A stretch of 64,000 nt of DNA from the NCBI GenBank assembly GCA_003427395.1, contig BFEA01000001.1:12422114-12486113 (forward strand). Reading direction: 5' to 3'. The translations under genes and the position numbers were made by a program. Positions 1 to 12,635 of this stretch are shown one piece after another (within the stretch, counting starts at the first letter, position 1; every line of letters begins with the position of its first letter). The DNA comes from Chara braunii. Its lineage: Eukaryota; Plantae; Charophyceae. Under the pieces are notes generated by a model. That model did no database searches and had not been told where the DNA came from. It saw only the letters and a list, made by a program, of their open reading frames with translations.

Positions 1-1410
1 TCATACCATACCTAGGCCGAACCGGAACCAAGTCTGGGACACGTCGAATATCGAGCTAATGTCGAGCCTGAAAAATGTCGGAGTCGTACCAATACCGAGC
101 TTGAAATAGGTAAATTACCGTACAACGCCGCAATCCCATGATAGTACCGATCCTCAGAATATGTCGACGCGGCCAAACTCGAGCCTAGAATGAGTCAAAT
201 GCCGAATGATTATTGAGTCTGAAAAACGTCGGCCGTCGTAGAATGCCACAACGTGAATGTCGCCGAACCTCCCGGAACCATGTATCCGCACCGAGCCAAA
301 TACCATACCGTCGACCCAAGGTAGCACCACCCCATGTCGTCCATGCGACTCCCACTCTCGGAACATCCCAAATGCGGTAATGTTAGTAATCAAGCAAACC
401 AGGGAAAACGACGCAGGGAACCTCGACCATCGGCAGTAGTGAAAACTGATAAAATCCGGGGAAAATGCTCAATCCGGGGTCGGAACTAATGACGGGTAAT
501 CGAGGCGAAATTAGGCCAATTTCCTAATAATCATGGTCTCCCGTCCCTTCCATCATTTTTCATCATTCTTCCCTTTCCTTAATTCTATTGTTGGAAATAA
601 TAAATTAACTGTAAGTTCCNCAAAATTAAATTNCGAGAAAATTTAAATAAATGGCCGAATTCTTTTTGTTTCTTTTCTCTCTTACCATTTTTAATATTTT
701 TCTNTNTTTTTAATTTCATTGNCGGGAACACAAAATAACAAGGGTATTCCCCCTTGAATTAAATGCCATAAAAAATAAAGAAAGTAAGGGATATTATGTT
801 TTTCCCTTCTCCCCTACTGGTCGTAATCCCTTTTCCCCATCTTTAATTATGGTACTAAAATAGACAAAAATTTGAGGCCTCATTTCGGCCCCGGTCGTAT
901 GTCGCAAAAAAAATGTGGCTGCGAGGTCAGTTCCCGCGATGCCTCTCCGCGGCAGGCCAATCCGGGTCTAACCGTCTGGACGGCCGGAAATGACGGTCCG
1001 TTGATGTGCCGAGTGCGACCACCCATCCCGCCATTTTTTAGGGTTACCTGTAAGGTTCAGCGCGCCCAAAATCAAGGGCGCCCTGAGCTCCCCTAATTTC
1101 CGCTGCCTGGTCTAACCAGAGTACCGTCAAAACTCAGACTCGTCTTTGCGCCTAAGTCCCAAAACCGTAGATTTCAGGCGGCGCACTGCTTGTGGCCGCC
1201 TGACAACGGGGCGGGGTTGAGGGGGACCGGGGCCGCGAGGGGTGGGGGCCCTGGGGGGATGGTCGGCGGGGCCAGGGCCAGCGGTTGAGGTGTCTAGAGC
1301 GGGCACTGCTGGAAGTGGGGTGGTCGGTGGTGCAGGCACTGCAAGGAGGGTTGAGGGGGGGGGGTGTCGTGGTTGTGGCCCTTGCGGGGGGTGACGGTGC
1401 GGGGCCCTCT

Positions 1411-1446
<36 letters not shown>

Positions 1447-2584
1447 GTGGGTCGGGGACGTGGGGGGTACCCGGATAGCTGGGATAGAGCCCATGAGGGG
1501 TAATGGCACCATGGGTTGGTGAAACGGGAGCACTGCACTCTGCAGGCCCTGCAGGGCCCTAGCCCCTGGGGGTGGGGGTTGTAGGGCAGATAGGGCCCTA
1601 CAACTTAGTGGCTCACCAGAGTAAGCACTGAAGACCGCCGTGGTCGGCGGCGCCACTTCTCGTGGCGCGAGTAGGGTAGTAGACTGGTAGTAGACTAGTA
1701 GTGTCGTGGTTCGGGGTCGTTGGTAACTTGGTGCTGCCGCTGTTGCGGGCCTGCGGCTGTTGCCTCTTGTGCGGTAGGCCGGGGGTAGTAAGTGTTGCGG
1801 GGCTCGGGGGAGACGGGGGTAATTCACGTACGTGCCTCAATGGGGTTGGGGTGGGTTGTCGAGGTTCGTGGTGTGTATGATCGTGTTGCGGGGCCGGGGG
1901 TAGTTGGCCTACGGGTGCACGCACTGCACGACCCTCTTGTTTTCCACAATCTCATAGACTTACACCAGTGCGGACTCCGCTAGGCTGGTAGCCTGGAAGT
2001 ATGCACACAGGGGCCTGGTAGGGGACCCTGCTAGGCTGCTACAGACACCTACCCGGCCCTAACGTGGTATCGTGTCTGAATCTGCCGGTCCGCTGCCCTG
2101 CAACTCATATTTTTAAAATATGCAAGTTGATGCAACCGATGTACATCGTACGTTGAGGACTTTTTTTTTTTTTTTTTTTTTTTTTAATCGTGCTCAGCAT
2201 AATGGACTGCTAAACATTGCACTGCATCGCCTGCTGATAAAAAAAAAAAGAAAAAAGATAACAATAAACATTACAATGATATAAAAAATAAAAAATTACT
2301 CGCAAGACACAATACGCAGTATTATGCCAGAGCAGCCAAACTGTCGGTGTGTACATGATAATGGAGGCTTATACAACATTCGATCTGACACAAGTTACAC
2401 AGCAAACATTTCCAAATGCAGTATAGAGTAATACATTGCATGATCGCGCTGATATACAATGAACAAACAATTGCAAGAGACCAAAAACAAGGTGAACACA
2501 ATCGCACGAATGTATGCACAACGCCAAACCAGCTGAAAGCCTGAAACCAACTGAATGTATGCACAACGCCAAACCAATTGAAGG

Positions 2585-2696
<112 letters not shown>

Positions 2697-3349
2697 TGAG
2701 TCTCCGCATCCGAATGATGAACCATGTGTCTCTTGAAGAGTGACCTCCATTTTAAGCTCGCCGATCAATGGGTGCAGGAATTGTCACCAACGGTGTGCCC
2801 TGCGGCCCCTGCCCATGTGACCCGAGTCGTGTCCTCCGTCTGCCCCATCGCCCTCCTCCATCATCGCCGTCCACCGTTCGTATTTTAGGTATGTAATCGG
2901 AGTACCCCGCATCATCAGTGTCTGTGGTCTCTCTAGGGGCGACATCCGTGATGTCATCGTGGACGATAAGTACACTTCCGCTCTCTTCTCACCTGGCAGT
3001 GCATCCCCTGCCCCCTCCTTGCCGACGCGGTCCGCCATCGCTGCAGTCCTCCCTCCAACATCCAATGCATCGCTCTCGGCTGCAATCTCTCCATCCTCGA
3101 GATGCGCAGGGACGGATCGCTTAAGATGAAAACGAATATGCGGCGACGAACATGACGCCTTCCTTGCCGCGGCCTTCTTCCTCGCTCGAGAAAGACTCGC
3201 CTTCGTGGTCCTCGTCATAACGACATCCGATGTCTTCGTCGGCAAAGCACTCCCATGTCGGGCCCCATACTCTGTCATGGCGGTGTGTCGAGCACCGCCG
3301 ACCATCGCGATGGATCGGATCCCCATAGATGGTGCTGCTGGCCTGCCAA

Positions 3350-5345
3350 CAATCCCCACTCCCTGCTCGTCCAACCCCCCACTAGTGGCCCCACTGGTAT
3401 AGATTCTGGTACTGTCGAGCCTGCTTGCTCGTTTGTGAGTATGGACCCCATATTTTCGCGATAAGGAAACCATGTAACCTTTCGATTTAGTCATGTTAAT
3501 TTCCTTTCCAGTCGTATGAATAATTCGAAAGATATTGTTTCACCTAATTTCTCTTCTAATCCGGTTAGTTTAAGAACTTTAAGTAAGCAGGTTCGTTCTT
3601 CCTTATCTACCTTCTTTAACAAGGATATTGATGTGGCCCCAACTCTCTTCTCGGCATGTTTCTTTGATGGTAAATATGACGGTAGCCTCGGTAGGTATAT
3701 CAAGGCTGAGGAAGTAACGCAGAGTAAGAAGCGCTTTGAGGGTCTTGTTCTTTGCCCGCTAGACCATAACGCTGGTGATACATATGCATGTTGTGCTGTA
3801 GTTTATGCATTGGGTATGAGGAGGTTGTTGACTAGCAATCCGGGATTACAAATTGTGAATGAGGATGAGCAGATGTAAAGTTGTAAACTTGCATATAATT
3901 TAGGGAAATTTTCTCGACTCGCACCCTGGGCAGGGAAGGGTAGGTTAGGCAGGTCGTATGTCATATCTAAACATAAAGATGAAAATAAATGGGTGCCCAT
4001 CTGTTCCTCCTGGTCCGAGCCTTCTCGATGGGCATCTAGGATTTTCTCTTCTTGTGTTAATGAATTTCTCAGACGTCTACCTAAATTCACTCATTTCAAT
4101 TTACGTAGCATGCATTTCTTACCTCTTTCCTGCATGAAGTTAATAAGGGCATACAACATAATGAGGAATTGCTGGCCGGAAGTTCCGACGTTAAAAAAAT
4201 GTTTTGCCAGCTTCCTCATCCGACTCTCTTGTCGACATTAGAATGGTCTGTAAGCGTTTTTGAAGAGAAAGGGTTTTATAAGTGCCTGGTCAATGGAAGC
4301 AAAAAGCAGGTTACATTAAGTAGGGTGGCTGTTAGTGAGGTCGGTTTTAAGTCAGTCGAATTCCCTGTGCTGACAAGCTTTGTGGCGTACGATTTGGCCC
4401 ATATGTTTACGTCAGCAACGGGCTTAATTCTGAAACAAAATATCAGCATACCGATGGGGAACTCTTCTAGTCCGACTTTAGCATGTTTAATGTGTGACAT
4501 TGTGTGTCCACAATGAGTACACCTTTCTGAAGAGTCTAGGGAATGATGCGAGGTTGGTGAAAGGTTGTCGTTTAATTGACAATGTTTCTGTTTTTATTAG
4601 ATAGAAGGCCGGGGACGCATTGTCCAAAAATAAGGCCGCAATGATTCTTTCAAGGGTTCATGTTATGATCAGCATTTGGTTTTGGAGAGTACAAGCAAAG
4701 GTCTTGAGTGGCCTTATTTGGGATGTCGAGTTCTGGTGGGAAAACAGCCAGTCAAGGTCTATTGTCAGGCCTTACATAAAAATCATGAGAGTATTCTTGA
4801 TGAGTATGAAATAATATTTCAGAATTTACAGAACTTCGACTCTTCTTGCTCCAAGAAGCAGAAGATTGCGGTGATTACTTCCTTCTTTCACAAAGCTTAT
4901 GACATGGGCACACTGCCAGGAACGGAGGCCGCATTCCTATTCGGTCTGACAACCGAACTGCACCGAAGGGGTTTTCCGGACCAGGTATTCGATAAAGCTC
5001 TGATCAATTTTAATATTAAGGTCGGGGGGTCTTGGAGTGAGTGGGTCCGATGTTTTACTAGCTGGACTTAATCAGCTATCTGTAGGGGGACTGTTTTCTT
5101 TCTTGGGGGGGGGCCTTCTTTTCCCGTAGCCTATTCCCACCTTTTGAGCTATCGTAGGACTATATAGGACTGTGCTTTTCTGTGTTCGTCAACTAGCACT
5201 ACCCCTTACCCCTGACGATGGCCGGTACACCGGGGGACCGGCCGAAACATGTAGGGTAATCGCCATCGGTGCTTCAAGTTTCGGCGAGTGCGCTGAAGCG
5301 CGCTTCGCCTTCTTTCTGTTGTCAGCCATGATTGATTATTTTTTC
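3350..5345 (+). mobile_element. Decayed, 5'-truncated Penelope-like retroelement (RT plus thumb, probably Naiad/Chlamys-type) with 3' UTR
   Basis: Frame-shifted plus-strand fragments in RT order: LVLCPLDHNAG..CAVVY (DK-region), YVISKHK..PICSS, DVKKMFCQLPH (motif A), LKQNISIPMGNSSSPTLA (motif B), CRLIDNV at ~4566-4586 (degenerate motif C), PYLG, ELHRRGFP (PLE thumb). The ORF stops at 5071 with no C-terminal GIY-YIG. A hammerhead follows. Boundaries approximate. Confidence 0.85.
5206..5259 (+). ncRNA. Minimal type I hammerhead ribozyme
   Basis: TTACCC-CTGACGA-T-GGCCGGT-(10-nt loop)-ACCGGCC-GAAA-CAT-GTA-GGGTAA: 6-bp stem I, intact CUGANGA/GAAA core, 7-bp stem II, palindromic minimal stem III (ACATGT), GUA cleavage triplet (cut after 5253). 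Confidence 0.92.
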
Positions 5346-6583
5346 AAGCTGGCACGCTAGGGGGACTACGCTGCTTTCTTTTATCTTGCTGTCTATCTCC
5401 CTTCTTCCTCTCCTTCTTCCGCTGCTTTCACATTCTCTCCATGATTGCCTAATGTGTATCTCACATGGCTTGCTATGTTGCATGTAATCGTACTGTTGAC
5501 AATGCAGGCAGAAGTTCGAGTCCAGACCCAATGAGATGACCGGAACAAGATCATTCTGAATTACCTGGGGCCGGTCCGTTCTACCATGATATCTGATGCC
5601 CGTAGCCCGTTCAAAGCAGGAAAATAGGGCAAAAGAGGACTGAAAGGAGAAAAGAAAACAAAGACAACAAAGAGTAAGGCAAGTGAAACTGCATAGCCAC
5701 CAACAAAAAAAAAAAGAAAAAAAAGGGGGAAACTACGCGGGAGTCAGAGAAATGAGTTATAATTGCAGTATGGACCAAGATACAGTTTCCAAATTGCAGT
5801 TTGGGCAATGTATACAACCCCGCTTTCTGGCCAGGTAGGGCACTCCAAGTGCAATTGCAAGCTGTATCTTGCCCCATAGTGCAATTATAACTCGTTTTTG
5901 TGACTCTAACGAAAACCAACCAACCTGCATAGCCGTGCGCGGCAGAATAGAATAAAATGTCTGAAAGGAGTAGATGCTAGACATAAATATCCTCAAGAAA
6001 GTCACACAAGCCTATGGGCCTCGATGCACTACTGCAGCTTTACACTTGAGGTTTCAAGAGTGTGGCATCGCTGCATGAACTCCTGATGCGGCATAGCTGC
6101 TAAATAAAGTAACACAAGTCTATGGGCCTTCCTATGGGCCCAAGACCTGTTCGTGGGGTTGCAGACTCACTCTCGAGAACATCGTTGAGAGTGAGTCATA
6201 GCTGCACTAACTGTGGAAAGGCACTCACCATAGAGAGTGAGTCATAGCTGCACTAACTATGGAAAGGCACTCATGATTTTTGTTTTTCCAAGTGTTGTCA
6301 GATGTCACACTCCGGAGTGTCACTCTTGATGATTCAAGAGCGCCTGCCTGCAAGTTCACTTTTTTTTTCCAAGGGAGGACGAGAGCACCCTCCACACGCC
6401 CCATTGTTTTTTTTTTTTGGGAGGGGGGGGCACGTTCCAAATGAGACCACAGGGGCCCCGTAACACACCCCTACATATCAACCCGGTGTAAGCCTGCCGA
6501 GGCCAGTACTCAGCTTAGGCTCCTGGAAACAGGGTCCAGTGTCCCTTAAAGGAATCTCCAAAAAGAAAAAAGAAACAACGGCG

Positions 6584-6727
6584 GACGCGGCATGTTTTGA
6601 GTTCCTAAAGGCACGAAAACAGGCCTTCAGCGACTGTGTCAGGGCCTGAGTTCGAAAAGGCGTTCGTAACTCAGGCCGGCAGTGGTGTCAGGGCGGAGGT
6701 TTCATTAAGGCGGTTGTGTCTTTTTTN
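6584..6727 (+). repeat. Partial copy of the arm of the 7.2-8.0 kb foldback element
   Basis: Near-identical to 7214-7352. Confidence 0.85.
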
Positions 6728-6739
6728 AAAAAAAAAAAA

Positions 6740-7197
6740 AAAGGATAGAAACGAGTTTGTGGGGCAGTTGAGTGACCCAAATCCTGTCGTGCAGTACTCG
6801 TGATCCCACCATCAGAATTTTACATGTGGTACCCAGAAAAGCAAGGAGATCTTTGTTCCCCTCCTCTCCTTAACACTGGGCATGCCCGTGCAAAGAAAGC
6901 TTCCCGCCTGAATCTTTTCAATCGGTTGGGGGTGTGGCCAACCTCAAAAGAGGGTGGGGTCATCCAGAGGCCCAGTGGATAGAAGATTTTCAGTATTTTA
7001 CTTGCTGTTGTGCAATTATCTCATTGGGCGGAGCCCCCCTTCAATCATGGAGTATATGGGGGGTGTCAGAAGTCGAGTTCATTCCAGAAAAACGTGGCAG
7101 TTACTTTGTTCACTGTCGATGCAACCACCACCATCAGATCATTTGTGATCTGATGGCTGGGAAGCACCCAGCGGTGGGAGGTCTGTGTTTCTTATTT
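6740..7197. repeat. Dispersed non-coding repeat (MITE-like), also present at 43.7-44.5 kb
   Basis: 6740-7070 matches the reverse complement of ~44140-44467; 7105-7195 matches ~43757-43850 directly. Confidence 0.8.
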
Positions 7198-7213
7198 TTT
7201 TGAAACAAAGGAG

Positions 7214-7349
7214 GACGCGGCATGTTTTGAGTTCCTAAAGGCACAAAAAACAGGCCTTCGGCGACTGTGCAAGGGCCTGAGTTCGAAAAGGCGTTCGTAA
7301 CTCAGGCCGGCAGTGGTGTCAGGGCGGAGGTTTCATTAAGGCGGTTGTG

Positions 7350-7387
<38 letters not shown>

Positions 7388-7814
7388 CAGTCGGTCGTGC
7401 CGCGCCGCAGCTGCAAGGAGAAAAAAAAGTTTTTTTTTTTTTTTTTTTCCCGGTCGGTTCCACCGCGCCGCGCCGTGCCGCGGCTGAAAAAAGAAAAAAG
7501 AAAAAAGAAGGTGTATCGGCCCCATGGTCGGGCCACGGCCGAGATGTCTCGGCCACACCCCAGATTGGCCATGGCCGAGATGTCTTGGCCACACCCCAGA
7601 TTGGCCACGGCCAAGATGTCTCGGTCACACCCCAGATTGGCCACGGCCGAGATGTCTCGGCCACACCCCAGATTGGCCACGGCCGAGATGTCTCGGCCAC
7701 ACCCCAGATTGGCCATGGACCAGATGTATAGGCCACACCCCGGCCGCGGCCTGACCATGGTTGCTTTTCTTTTTTCTCCAGCTGCGGCATGGCGCGGTGC
7801 GGCGCGGCCGACGG

Positions 7815-7849
<35 letters not shown>

Positions 7850-8009
7850 TTTTTTCCTCCTTGCCACCGCGGCGCAATCGACCGAAAAAAAAAAAGAAAA
7901 AAAAGACACAACTGCCTTAATGAAACCTCCGCCCTGACACCACTGCCGGCCTGAGTTACGAACGCCTTTCTAACTCAGGCCCTGACACAGACGCCGATGC
8001 CTGTTTTTT
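7214..8009. mobile_element. Foldback/MITE-like element with long inverted arms around a minisatellite
   Basis: ~7245-7530 and ~7750-8009 are inverted copies, including matching poly(T)/poly(A) blocks. No TSD resolved. Confidence 0.75.
7531..7741. repeat. 36-bp minisatellite, about 6 copies
   Basis: Unit GGCCACGGCCGAGATGTCTCGGCCACACCCCAGATT in direct tandem with no spacers. Each unit contains the hairpin GGCCGAGA-tg-TCTCGGCC. Confidence 0.95.
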
Positions 8010-8029
8010 CTGTCCATTACGAACTCCCA

Positions 8030-10517
8030 TGTGACAGAAACGTACTTCCCCCAAGAAAAAATTACAAAGCAAATGTATGGCCCACAACGTACTGCCCATT
8101 AGGAACTCCCATGTTTCTAAGATCGAAACACTATTGGCAAAGAACTACGAGCTACGAACTGCAAATCTCGAAAATGCACAAGGCAATTCACTAAAAATTT
8201 TACAATTCAACCCTAAAATTATTTCATAAGGCATGCTAAATTCTTAGATACAGTTCAATTCTAAAACTCAGTCCAAGTATGTACTAAATTTGATCTTAAC
8301 AAGAAATTGGGACTTGGTGTATTAATATTGTCTACAGAAAATAGATGATTGAAAACAGCCAAGAAAAGGGCCACATATAGAGAGTCCAAGGGAATTCAAA
8401 GGGAGGGAGAGATAACCGCGGCCACCGCATACACGAGCCAGATTTTCCCAGATGGCACAAAGTCAAGCGTAGTACACTCCCCACACCACTCAAGGCGTGG
8501 GTGACCCTGTGTCACTGTTCCTGTTCTTGGAGTCTTGGAGATCAGCCACTCTTAGGGCCAGATCCCACTGGCAACGAGGATTGGAATAAGTGGCGGAATC
8601 TGGACGTGTTCCAGACAGAGATGCAGAAAAGCAGACCAATCACAAACTTCTGAAGCTCTCCACAAACACGTCCAGATTCAGAGGCATATTCCAATCCTCT
8701 TTGCTAGTGGGATCTGGATCATCTGGCCCTTAGAAAGTGAACGTCACTGTAACTCCAAACGCGGTTATGGCTGGAAATTGTGTTACCCTTCGCGCCTGGG
8801 AAACGTTCCCACCGCCACTACTGAGTCTCCCACTCCCACTGATGGCGCCGCCACCCATAGGGCTTCAGGGCTTTACGAACCCAGCAGAGATCTCGTCCCT
8901 TCATCATATTAATTTCCCAGATTCTACCGTTGGTATGTAAGAGATAAAAATGCAAGCAGCAGTTCCCAGGATGACCACAGGTCGAGCGTAGAACACTCCC
9001 CACACCACTCAAGGCATGGGTGACCCTGCATCACTGTTTCCTGCGCTTGAAGAACAGCCACTTTCAGAAAATAAACTTCAGTGTGTCCCGGTAGGCAGAA
9101 TGTCTAAACTCTTCCTAACATCAACTAAGCGCGCTCCGTGGTTGACTATCTGCATACTTGGCTCTCACTCAAAACATAACGAGTCTATCGGTGCGACTGA
9201 CCGAAAATAATTCTACTAACACCAAGAGATTTCCTCCCCTAAGTACCAGTAGAACGAACGAACCTGGAGCCAAAGCATCGCAACATCGCAACAGCAGAAG
9301 CGGTCCTAAGAATCTACTACGTAGACAACACTAGAAAGAAGAAGTGAAGTACCCAATCAGAACTCCAGAAACCTACAAGATATCAAACTGAAGGAACGAT
9401 TGCTCCGCACAACCAAAAACCTAACCAGCACTGCTAGCAGAGCAAGAATCAAGTACCAAGAACCACAGACCTAACCAGCGTTTAAGAACATCGAGAATCT
9501 GTGAATGAACATATAATTCTGAAAAATTGCAACATCAAGCACAAATCCCAAGTCCTAGCCTCGATGCGCGTTGTTGTAAGAGCGCTTCGCTCACGTGCGG
9601 TCGCACATCGGCGCTAGAGTCACACTACCTCACGGGTTGACGTGGGTAGTGTTCTGACCCCCAGTAAGGGGGTTCCACGTAGGTTTCCACAGCCGCTGCG
9701 GGGGTTCCACGTAGGTTTCCACAGCCGCTGCGTCTTCGACACGTGGCATCTCGGGCTGACACGAGTGGAGACAAAGTGGAGTAAGCCTTTGGTATGGCCA
9801 AGTGTGTGTGATCAATTCATGGGAAGCGGGGAGGTAATCGGCTCGGAACGGGAGCGTGGTATCAAGAGGGATAGGCTCGGCACGGCATCTGCAGACGTGA
9901 AGTGACAGCACGAGGTAGAAGAAAGGGGAAGGGATCGGCGACACGCGGCAGATGGGGTAACGTCGGCGACACGCGGCAGACGGGGTAACGAGCATCACGG
10001 AGGTCGAAGGGGAAGGGAGCGGCGACACACGGCAGAAGGGGTAAGGAGCATCATCATCGCCCGTGGTGAGGGAGGATAGGGTGGGGAGGAGCTGATCGCA
10101 GGTGCAGGATAGAAGAAGAGATGGGTTGGTGGGGTTAAGACAAGGAACGGGGAACGGGAAAGACGAACACCATCACTGGAGAGCGGAGGAAATAACACAG
10201 CAAAATAACACAGCGACGTCACCAAATCGAGACAACAATCTGAGGAACGACGACAGATCGAAGAAAAAGGCAAGGGGCGTTGGCGAAAGACAAACGACAG
10301 CAATACAAGGAAGAGAGACAGAAGGGAGCGAAGGGCAGCCCTATTGAAACCCCCCTCTGGGGCCCCGGGTAGTCCCTGCTACTCGGTGGAGGGGGATACG
10401 GGCAGCGAAGAGAAGAGGGAGATTCAGCACGGCAAATAATCGGGCAGCAAAAAAGGGGGGGGACACGGCACGACAGGTAACCACAAACCGGGGGCCACAG
10501 CTTGGCAGGTAATCACA
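8030..10517 (-). mobile_element. Possible solo or partial LTR
   Basis: Minus-strand termini TGTGAT...GTCACA, a pyrimidine-rich 5' part like the other LTRs here, internal duplications (8465/8985; 9668-9731). Flanks TCCCA/ATCCA are not a clean TSD. Confidence 0.3.
8555..8729. mobile_element. Tourist-like (PIF/Harbinger) MITE, 175 bp
   Basis: Termini GGGCCAGAT...ATCTGGCCC, ~55-bp imperfect inverted arms, TTA on both flanks (8552-8554, 8730-8732). Confidence 0.85.
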
Positions 10518-10767
10518 ATCCAAACCCTCCCCACGAACACAAACTTGTTAAAAAAAAAAAAAAAGAAGAGACTCGGTGTGAGAAGAAGAAAAACAAAATC
10601 CCGAGAGACCAAACGGAAAAGTCATCATAGCTCCGCAGTGGAAAAAAAAGCAAAAATTGCCCGCCACAATTTTTTTCCAAGGAGCCATGAGGCACCATGC
10701 AGCACAGGGACTCTCGGCACTATTGGGAAAGCATTTGACACAGCAACATGAAGCCAGCTCATCCACG

Positions 10768-12537
10768 ATGACCACTGGAGTCATGTCACAAGCACAACAG
10801 ACGCAAGAGGAATCCCAAAACCAACAAACACACGGGGAAGGGAAACAGACACAGCTCTACAGACAGAAGTGAAGGAAGGGAATCAAGGGCAACAAGAAGC
10901 CCAACAGAACCAGCAAGAAGCCAACGTGAGCACCTGGGCACAAAGAGTTAAGAGACCCTTCACCCATGAAAAGATAAACATCAAAAGACAGTCGGGAGGA
11001 GAGTCAACCAGCCTGACAATCCCCCTTGACGGGCTGACCTCGGCCATGCCTTTTTTATGACACGGCTCCTCACAGCCTCGGAGAAATCAGTGAGGGAACG
11101 GAAAGGAAAAAGGACCATGTTCACACACCTCCCGGAGGCGGGCCTGGTGGTGAGAGACAAGATCTATACCGAACATGCAACCAACTGGGTTTTCCACGAC
11201 GATGCGAGCTACAAGTCCACGAACGATAAGATCGGATGGATCAGGAAGAAGCTAGAAACCTTAAAGGGAAACAAGGAAATCGCAGCGGACTCTTTCCTCA
11301 TCCACCCGGTCTCGAAAACGATCTTCACTGTGCTTAGTATATACACAGAGTACAAAAAAACAATGGACAGATGGAGAAACATACGTTGTGACAGATCCGA
11401 GGTCCGTCTCTACCCGTGGTCCCCCCAAAAACGTGCCACACCAGAGGAGCGGAGAAACAGATTGATGGCGGACTATTTCTGGGTAGAATTCCGCCATATC
11501 CCCATCAAAATCCAAGCGGCATTTATGCAGGACTTCGGGGAAAAAATTGACATTGTGGACTTCATAGACCCCCTTCCTAGTTACGTGACTAGAAGGGACG
11601 ACTATCTGATGCTGGCACTTGACTACCCGCCCAACCAACCGTTCTCAATTGACGATGTGATACCGTATTGGATAGGGGACCACGAGCACAAGGCATACAC
11701 CGCACACAAACTCAGACCGTGGTGCATGAAATGTAAGGCATATGGTCACCTATGCACAGAACAAGCGTGCCCGCAGCACCCAGGTAGGAAGACAAGGATC
11801 ACAGGGAGACTGACTCGAGACCCATTCAAAATGGACAGCTGGAGGACGGTTGACCCTGGACACGAAGGCTGGGTCTTCATCGACCAGGAGGAGAACGGGA
11901 AAAAGAAGGGGTGGGTGTGGGAAAGACAGACTGAACCGGAATGGAGCACCAACCCCCCAGAGGAATGGGTGCCTCCGAAACCGGTGGAGGTTCACGTGAG
12001 TGCCTCAGCAGGAACACCCAAGAAGAACACACGGAAACCGGCTGCACAGGAAAAGGAAAAAGAGCGGAGCGTACAAACCGGGCAGAACGAAAGAGACCCA
12101 AAAAAAGGAAAGGAAAAGGAGCCAGAACCGGAATACTACATGGACACCACTCTGACAGACCTGCCCCAAAAGGTGTCTGCCCAGGACGGACCAAGCCGGA
12201 AAGAAGGGGGGCCTCTCACGCGAATCAGCACTGAGAACCGGTTCAAAACACTCGGGGTGGACAAAGGAACAGGGGAGGAGGAGGAGGAAGGTACGGGGGA
12301 TGGGAAAGTGGGAAAAGACCGCCTGATGGATTTGAGGATGATCAAGAAGAAACTGAGAAAAAACAACGGAAAGAACCAAAAAGGAAAACCAGAAAACGGG
12401 GTGGAAGAAGATCAGAACCTGGCAAAGGAAAAGGAAAAGGCGGAAATGTCCGAAATTGCAGAAAGTCCAGACCCATTCAAAGGAATCTTCGGACCCAGTC
12501 TGATGGACTGGGATGCATCCCCCCTGGCACACCCCAC

Positions 12538-12541
<4 letters not shown>
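10768..12541 (+). pseudogene. L1/Tx1-clade LINE ORF1 (gag-like, zinc knuckle), frame-shifted and truncated by an insertion
   Basis: Q-rich N-terminus, TWAQRV motif, 525-aa ORF with LYPW...WVEFRHIP, knuckle CMKCKAYGHLCTEQAC, NRFKTL motif and basic disordered tail. Cut off by poly(T) at 12542. Confidence 0.75.
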
Positions 12542-12570
<29 letters not shown>

Positions 12571-12635
12571 GAAANAAGCTCCATTTATTGGTGGGGAGCA
12601 ACACCTGCTGGAAACCGGGTCCAGCGTCCCATAAC
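12542..12635 (-). mobile_element. LINE 3'-tail motif plus poly(A), minus strand
   Basis: Reverse complement of GGGACGCTGGACCCGGTTTCCAGCAGGTG..GCTCCCCACCAATA..GGAGC, followed by poly(A). Same motif as 60165. Confidence 0.8.

Noticed and set aside
2784-3494. 236-aa minus-strand ORF
   Set aside because: GC-rich and low complexity, no recognisable domain, and its start overlaps the antisense of the PLE fragment.
7531-7741. CRISPR-like array
   Set aside because: Head-to-tail 36-bp units with no unique spacers, no cas genes, eukaryotic TE context.
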